Shown in pieces: positions 9,352-15,667 of a stretch of DNA of 15,667 nucleotides. The stretch's first letter is position 1; every line of letters starts with the position of its first letter. Both the position numbers and the translations under genes were made by a program. The stretch lies in the NCBI RefSeq assembly GCF_006345805.1, contig NW_021825362.1, positions 1 to 15,667 of the forward strand, in the 5' to 3' direction. The DNA comes from Octopus sinensis. Lineage: Eukaryota. A model generated the notes under the pieces. The model did no database searches. It was not told where the DNA came from and worked only from the letters and a program-made list of their open reading frames with translations.

Positions 9352-9556
9352 TATGTATGTGCGTGTCTGTGTTTGTCCCTCGAACATCGCTTGACAACCG
9401 ATGCTGGTGTGTTTACGCCCCCATAACATAGCGGTTCGGCAAAAGAGACCGATAGAATAAGTACTACGCTTACAAAGAATAATTCCTGGGGTCGATTTGC
9501 TCGACTAAAAAGCGGTGCTCCAGCATGGCCGCAGTCAAATGACGGAAACCAGTAAG
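9216..9556 (+). mobile_element. SINE family A, 5'-truncated, with internal (CA)n(TA)n
   Basis: Links the head-side sequence TACTATAGCCTCGGGCCGACCAAAGCCTTGTGA (also in 1-25 and 12091-12123) to the tail seen at 481-645 and 7401-7590. Confidence 0.9.
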
Positions 9557-9568
9557 CTAGTATATATA

Positions 9569-11182
9569 TGGTCAACCCATTTTAAAAACCTCATTGGGAA
9601 GAATGCCAAAATCCCTGATAACCCCACTCTCCCAAGTGTGCCTATATCAGACACGTTGGACATCAACACCTCCCCTTTTACCATATTTGAACTAACAGCA
9701 GCCACCAAGCAACTAAAAGCCTCGAAAGCATTTGGTCCCGACAACATTCCGGCTGTGATTTGGAAGGATGATAGATTTCACACACTTTTGCTTCACCTCT
9801 GCAACCACACACTTTCCACCTTTGTCGCTCCAAAGATTTGGCACCAGTCTCAAATCATTCCAATACCCAAAAAAGGCGATTTGTCCCTCGTCACCAAGTA
9901 CAGGGGCATATCTCTAATGTCAATTGCTGCAAAACTGTACAACAAACTGATCCTAAATTGTCTTGTCCTTTTTGTTGAACCTTTGCTCCGAAAGAACCAA
10001 AATGGATTCAGACATGGGCGCTCAACGCTGAGCCAGATACTATGCCTGCGCAGACTTATTGAAGAATCAAAAGCATTTAATCGCGATCTTGCAATGGTAT
10101 TTGTAGACTTTTCTAAAGCGTTCGATTCTGTAGGTAGGTGCAAGATGTTTGAAATCCTTAAGCTCTATGGGATACCAGACAAAATTATTTCTGCCATCAA
10201 GGTCCTCTACACAGATACGTCTTCAACCATCTTAACCCCTGATGGAGAAACATCATCTTTCTCGATCGAGGCCGGAATACTGCAGGGAGACACACTCGCC
10301 CCATTTCTTTTCATCATTGTTGTTGATTATGTGCTACGTATGTCAGTTGATACCATCTCTGGCAAGGGCTTTGAAATAAAACCAAGAAGAAGTTCCAGAC
10401 ACCCAGCTGAGTACTTGACAGACACTGACTTTGCTGACGACATCGCTCTTATCAGTGATTCTCTCTCCAATGCCCAGTCTCTTTTACAATCTCTTGAACA
10501 AGCCTTAAATTGTGTAGGTCTTTACCTCAATGAGGTCAAGACTGAATATATAAACAAGTGCCTGTCCAACAGTGATTGCATCATCCACACTCTCAACAGT
10601 GCACCTTTAAATATGGTTTCTGATTATAAATATCTTGGGTCATACATATCATCATCTGGAAAAGACTTTCTAACTAGAAAGGGTATGGCCTGGTCAGCCT
10701 GTAATGACATGCATAAGATCTGGTCATCAAATCTAAGTAGAGACTTCAAACTTGAAATATTCAAAGCCACAGTCGAACCAATCCTACTATATGGCTCAGA
10801 AACCTGGACGTTATCAAAGAAGCTTGAAAGGCGGTTGGATGGAACCTACACTCGCCTCCTTATGAGAGCTCAAAATCTCTCGTGAAGGCGCCATCCAACT
10901 AAAATGCAAATATATGGGAAATTACCACCTGTGTCATCTCTTGTGAAGGGTAGGAGAGTCCAGTTTGCTGGACATTGTTGTAGAGCTGAAAAAGAAGTAA
11001 CTTCTACTCTTCTCCTCTGGAAGCCATCTACTCGCAGCACCAGAGGGCGCACACTCTCCTACCCTGATGTAATCTCCAGGGATACAGGCATCCAGCAACA
11101 GGACCTCCGTAATGCTATGATGGACCGTGAAGTCTGGCGCAACATGGTAAATTCCATTGTCTCGACCACGGTCGAACAATGA
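9569..11182 (+). pseudogene. reverse transcriptase (RTE-type) with one premature stop
   Basis: Motifs YRGISL, QNGFRHGRST, FVDFSKAFDSV, GILQGDTLAPFLF, FADDIAL, YKYLGS and LLYGSETWTL. ORFs 9515-10885 and 10904-11182 are in the same frame, separated only by TGA 10883-10885 at the usual Trp position (NLS*RRHPT). The first ~18 aa of the track ORF are SINE/flank-derived. Confidence 0.93.
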
Positions 11183-11193
11183 TGATGATGATG
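9572..11193 (+). mobile_element. RTE-clade non-LTR retrotransposon, 5'-truncated
   Basis: RT ORF, (GAT)n tail at 11181-11193, and TSD ATATATATGG at 9562-9571 and 11194-11203. The APE endonuclease region is absent. Confidence 0.93.
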
Positions 11194-11249
11194 ATATATA
11201 TGGAGAGAGAGAGAGCTATATATACATATATATATAGCTCTTTCTCTGC

Positions 11250-11280
<31 letters not shown>

Positions 11281-12006
11281 GAGGGATACGGAAAGAGAGA
11301 GCGATGGCTGTGTGTAAATATATATGTGTTTACGCAGCCAAAGTAGTTGAAATCTCGACTTGAAGTACTATCGACATAAATAATTTAATAAATCCGTACA
11401 ATACATGTTTTCATATCAAACTACTTCTGCTATTCATTTCCCTTACAAAATTATCTATAGAGCTTATAATCTCTGGTAAATGTGAAGTAAAGTATCGTGG
11501 CTACTTTGCTAGGCGGAGAAAAACATCAAATATGTATGACGGTTGCCATTTGTGGAGTAATGAGATTATATATTATCAAATAGAACGATCGCTAAGATAA
11601 ATGAGGAACAGCTGAGGAGCGATGGATTAGATGTAGATGAGGAGAAAGAATGGCTGAGCGACACGGGAATGAAACAGGCTGGGTTATATTTGCAAAAGAA
11701 AATATGTTTGTAGATTTATAGTTATTCGTACGTTTGTTTTCTCGTAGTTGCCTAGACTAGCGATTAGAGCATTGTGAACGAAGACCTGCATTTTAACCAG
11801 TGCCATGATTCGGTCGTTTTATGTTGAAATTATAGATATATACACAACGAAGAATATATTGTGAAAACTCGATGCTCGGAAGCTTGTATCATACAGCATC
11901 CTTTTGTACGGCTTCATTAATTCAACTATTATATCAGCTTCTGCGAATACATATATATACTTACATACATATACAAATACACACATATATATATTATGTA
12001 TGTATA

Positions 12007-12160
12007 GGCGTAGCTGTGTCATAAGCATGCTTCCCAAGCACATGGTTCCGCGTTCAATCTCACTGCGTGGCAACTTGGGCATGTGTTTGCTACTATAGTC
12101 TCGGGTCGACCAAAGCCTTGTGAAGGGTTCTAATAGACGGACACTAAAAAAAACAGTGGT
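12007..12160 (+). mobile_element. SINE family A, 5' half
   Basis: TAGCTGTGTCATAAG...CACATGGTTCCGCGTTCAATCTCACTGCGTGGCAACTTGGGCA...GACCAAAGCCTTGTGA matches 1-110 (reverse) and 9216-9275, then runs into a TA tract. Confidence 0.85.
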
Positions 12161-12163
12161 CTG

Positions 12164-12450
<287 letters not shown>

Positions 12451-13007
12451 GCTGACTCTCACGGTATTCACTTATAATTGATTTATCGACGACCGACTGA
12501 CCGACTGAATGCACCTAAAATGAACATCTGAAACAGTTGTAAGTCTACAATGCACAAATAAATAAGTTAATAAATAAATGAATAGAATAAATTAATAACA
12601 GCTATTATATATGTCTTCTCTTGTATATCACTGTGAAAACACACCATATTAACTAGGAAAATGCAAGCATAGATTGAAGAAGTCGACTGGACTCCGACTT
12701 GGCATCTCGCCTCAGGATTGTCCAGAGTTCTATAACAATCCAAAACTTTTTTGTTTGCTTAGTACATTTGCATTAGCGTAGAAATTATGAAGTATTTCAC
12801 CTGGATAGATATTTCCTTATTAATAAAAATGTAACCTAGTACCTGACGGTACTTCTATTCCTGTAAGCTATGGACAAAATATTCATATAATGGATATTTT
12901 ATATATATAGTCGCAAATATGCAAATGTGTGTATATATATATATACATACAATGATATACATACTTGCAATCTATATCCACATAAAGTATATATATGTAT
13001 GTATACA

Positions 13008-13310
13008 GGTGGTTAGAACCTCGGGCTCCAAATCATGAGGTAGTGAGTTCGATTCCCAGAGAGGGTTGTGTATTCTGTTCTTGAGCAAGGCACTTTATTT
13101 CTCGTTACTGTAGTCCACTCAGCTGTAGAAATAAGTGATGACGTCACTGGTACCAAGCTGTATCGGCCCCTTTGCCATTCCCTTGAGCAACGTCAATCGC
13201 GTGGAGAAGGCAGGTTGGTATGCATGGCCGACTGCAGGCCTTCCATAATCAACCTTAGCCGGACTTGTGCCAAGGAGGGTAACATTCTCGAGGCAATCAC
13301 ATGCTCATTC
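13008..13310 (+). mobile_element. tRNA-derived SINE family C
   Basis: GTGGTTAG (end of A box)...GAGTTCGATTCCC (B box, 13045-13057)...TTCTTGAGCAAGGCACTTT...GTCCACTCAGCTG; GC-richer island between TA tracts. Confidence 0.75.
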
Positions 13311-13419
13311 ATATGTATATACATATATACGTGTATATATATTTTTTTTCAGCATGTGATCGCGTGTGTATTGTTGGCGATTTTCTTGCTCCGTCTTCCC
13401 TTCTTTGGACTTTTACTAT

Positions 13420-13454
13420 ATTTCTGATGAAGAGCACCGCTCGAAACGTGAAAT
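13420..13454 (+). ncRNA. minimal type I hammerhead motif (HHR-2), probably inactivated at the cleavage site
   Basis: AUUU-CUGAUGA-A-GAGC-ACC-GCUC-GAAA-CG-UG^AAAU. Helix I is 4 bp, helix II is 4 bp and helix III is the palindrome ACGU; position 17 is G rather than H. Confidence 0.8.
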
Positions 13455-13708
13455 CCTCTTCATTTTCTTTCCTTTCCCGAGCGTCCAATAACACTGTACT
13501 TATTCCACGTCTTAGCGTTGTTGTTTTACCTTGCTTGTTCATATTTGGACTGACTATATATATATATATAATATAATATATATATATATATTATATATAT
13601 AAAAATCATTATTGAGGGAATAAAATCCAACTTACAAGAAAAAATTCAATATAGAAATACTAAATCAAATTCCACACAATATAAATAATATATAATATTT
13701 GAAAAAAA

Positions 13709-13922
13709 CACCTTTTATCAATTCAAAATGAATAATTAAATTACACCATCTCTAGAAAATTACATATAATAGAAAAGTTAAATTAAAAAACAATAAAAAA
13801 GTAAAGATTAAGTAAATTACAAAAATAATATAATGTATATAATAGGTATTATATATAATTCTAATGTATGTAATTTTCTAGATGATGTAATTTAATTATT
13901 CATTTTGAATTGATAAAAAGTG
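13709..13922. repeat. inverted repeat, ~65-bp arms, 84-nt spacer
   Basis: 13709-13774 versus the reverse complement of 13859-13922; TTTTATCAATTCAAAATGAATAATTAAATTACA is identical in both arms. Confidence 0.92.
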
Positions 13923-13991
13923 AGTATTTTCTAATATTTTATATATATATATAGATATATATATATATATAGATATATATATATTATATAT

Positions 13992-14460
13992 ATATTTAAA
14001 TTTATAATAAGGATAATATCGATGTTTAAATATCGATCTTATCAAGTGGCCAGTATGGGAATAAATAACATACAAAGGTAATAATTATTTAAAATTATAA
14101 ATTAGGGTATCTGAGAGATACCACCAAGCAGAAATAGCGGGCAATTTAAGCTGGTTTTGTGCATACGTGCATATACATTAATGTACGAGCGTTCTTATAT
14201 GTAAGTATAACGTATGTTCTGTATATATATATATATATTTATATTTATCTGCTTAACTGGTATATTCAACTGACGAAGGCAGAGCTTCTCTTATGCAAAG
14301 TCAGAAATCCAGGATCTTGAATTATCCAGAAAAATCTTTTTTGCTAGTTTATTTTGTTTTTCTGTCTTCTCTCCTAATGCTATGTGTACATTTAAGGTGG
14401 CTTTAGGGACATGTTTTTACTGCTATTTCAGCATGGTGGTATCTCTCAGATTTATAGTTT
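13992..14460 (+). mobile_element. putative non-autonomous Penelope-derived / retrozyme-like element with hammerhead inside a 30-bp inverted repeat
   Basis: (TA)n flanks, inverted repeat 14109-14138/14422-14451 (2 mismatches), hammerhead at 14264-14322, and similarity to the 2605-3228 element. Boundaries are approximate. Confidence 0.6.
14264..14322 (+). ncRNA. type I hammerhead ribozyme (HHR-3)
   Basis: AUUCAA-CUGACGA-A-GGC...GUC-A-GAAA-UCCAGGA-UC^UUGAAU. Helix I is a perfect 6 bp, helix III is quasi-palindromic (AUCCAGGAU), the triplet is AUC, and helix II is weak. Confidence 0.75.
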
Positions 14461-15412
14461 TATATATATATACACATATATCAATCTATCAGACTACCTA
14501 TCTTTATATGTACATTTGCGAATATATGATTATCTATAAATGTTTGTATGTATGAATATCTCCACATATTTACTTAAACACATCCTCAATCATATACTTA
14601 TATATTTCTGCGTACATACACGTAAGGACATGTATATATAACAATGTAAATTGCTTGGACTACAAGGAAGCAAATTGAAAACATGTCTGCGTCCACCGTA
14701 TATGAGAACATATTCCACACACTTACTTCCCTTGTCTTTATTAACTTCGCATTCTCTGATAAGACTGTGTGATTCGACAGAAGGAGCTACTGTCTTCTAG
14801 AACATAGAAGAACGAAATAAAATATGGCGGTTTATGTAACCGTAGACCTTTGCCGTTGTATATATATGTCTGTTTATATATATATATATGTTATATGGAA
14901 TGTATATAAAGGTGTAGAATTTAGTGAGGGAAGAGGTGTGGTGCGGTTCTTGTTCGTTTATAGGTGAAGGGGTATCGGGCACATGTTTGGGCGTTTTTCG
15001 ATGACCGTGATTTTAATGGAGAAATTTTCTGCTTCGCTTCACTATTCTATTGTCCATTGACCTGTGTATGGTGGCGTTTGCCGATAAAAGTGCGTGGTTG
15101 TGTGTGTCTTTTGCGTATAAATGGGTGTATATATGTTTGTGTGTGTGTGTGTATGAAATTGCGTGTGGTTATGTGATAATATATTATGTGTATATATGTG
15201 TATGATGGCGTTCGCTAATAAAGGTTCGTGCTGGTATTTCATCTGTGTGTATATATATATATGTATATATATGTGTGTGTGTGTATGCGTGTGTGTGTTC
15301 CTGTTCATGTATAATTCGTTTGCGTTCCCATGTGTGGTTCTATTTTCTATATGTTCGTGTGAAAGTATTTGGCAATAAAACACAGTGGTATATATCGTCG
15401 ATGTGCATGTGT

Positions 15413-15667
15413 GTACATGTATGTATGTATGTATGTATGTATGTATGTATGTATGTATGTATGCATGTATGTATGTATGTATGTATGTATGTATGTATGT
15501 ATCTATCTATCTATCTATCAATCTATCTATCTATCTATCTATCCCCAAAAGAAAAGCTCTCCTTTGTATTTTGCCCCTTCTGTGTTCAGCCCTGCGTGGC
15601 CAATAAAGAAATCTATCTATTTATCTACCTACCTACCTGTCTGTCTGTCTCTCTTTGTGTCTGTCTG
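15413..15667. repeat. (TGTA)n/(TCTA)n/(TCTG)n tetranucleotide microsatellites with ~70-bp non-repetitive insert (15543-15610)
   Basis: Direct reading; the insert ends AATAAAGAAAT and may be a SINE 3' end. Confidence 0.9.

Noticed and set aside
9480-9556. SINE A tail as derived from the RTE 3' end
   Set aside because: Only a TCGA-containing hairpin is shared; there is no alignable homology with 11100-11193.
10434-10440. CTGACGA inside the RTE
   Set aside because: It is the FADD codon sequence, with no ribozyme helices.
14751-14802. TTCT-CTGATAA-GACT..ATTC-GACA-GAAG..CTTCT-AGAA hammerhead-like fold
   Set aside because: Two core substitutions and no position-17 nucleotide; indistinguishable from chance without a family consensus.
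14880-15130. Possible decayed GIY-YIG on the minus strand (FSIKITVIEK-like peptide)
   Set aside because: Too few motif residues across broken frames to support a call.

Overview
AT-rich, microsatellite-dense animal genomic DNA. It is most likely octopus (inferred from the SINE families and (TA)n density; not verifiable here). No host gene is recognisable, and most ORFs in the track are translations of microsatellites. The window is a retroelement mosaic. (i) A 5'-truncated RTE-type LINE (9572-11193, +) whose RT frame is broken by one TGG>TGA stop and bounded by a 10-bp TSD, plus a 245-bp inverted 3' fragment of the same family inserted with an 11-bp TSD just behind the B box of a SINE. (ii) A frameshifted Penelope-like GIY-YIG endonuclease fragment. 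(iii) About ten copies or fragments of at least four tRNA-derived SINE families. (iv) The most notable signal: three different type I hammerhead ribozyme motifs (2760-2835 -, 13420-13454 +, 14264-14322 +). Two lie in short, mutually related, non-coding, (TA)n-flanked elements that carry long inverted repeats and look like non-autonomous Penelope-derived or retrozyme-like RNAs. Also present are a local ~300-bp duplication, a helically phased TGACA cluster and a candidate 99-nt cassette exon flanked by inverted repeats.
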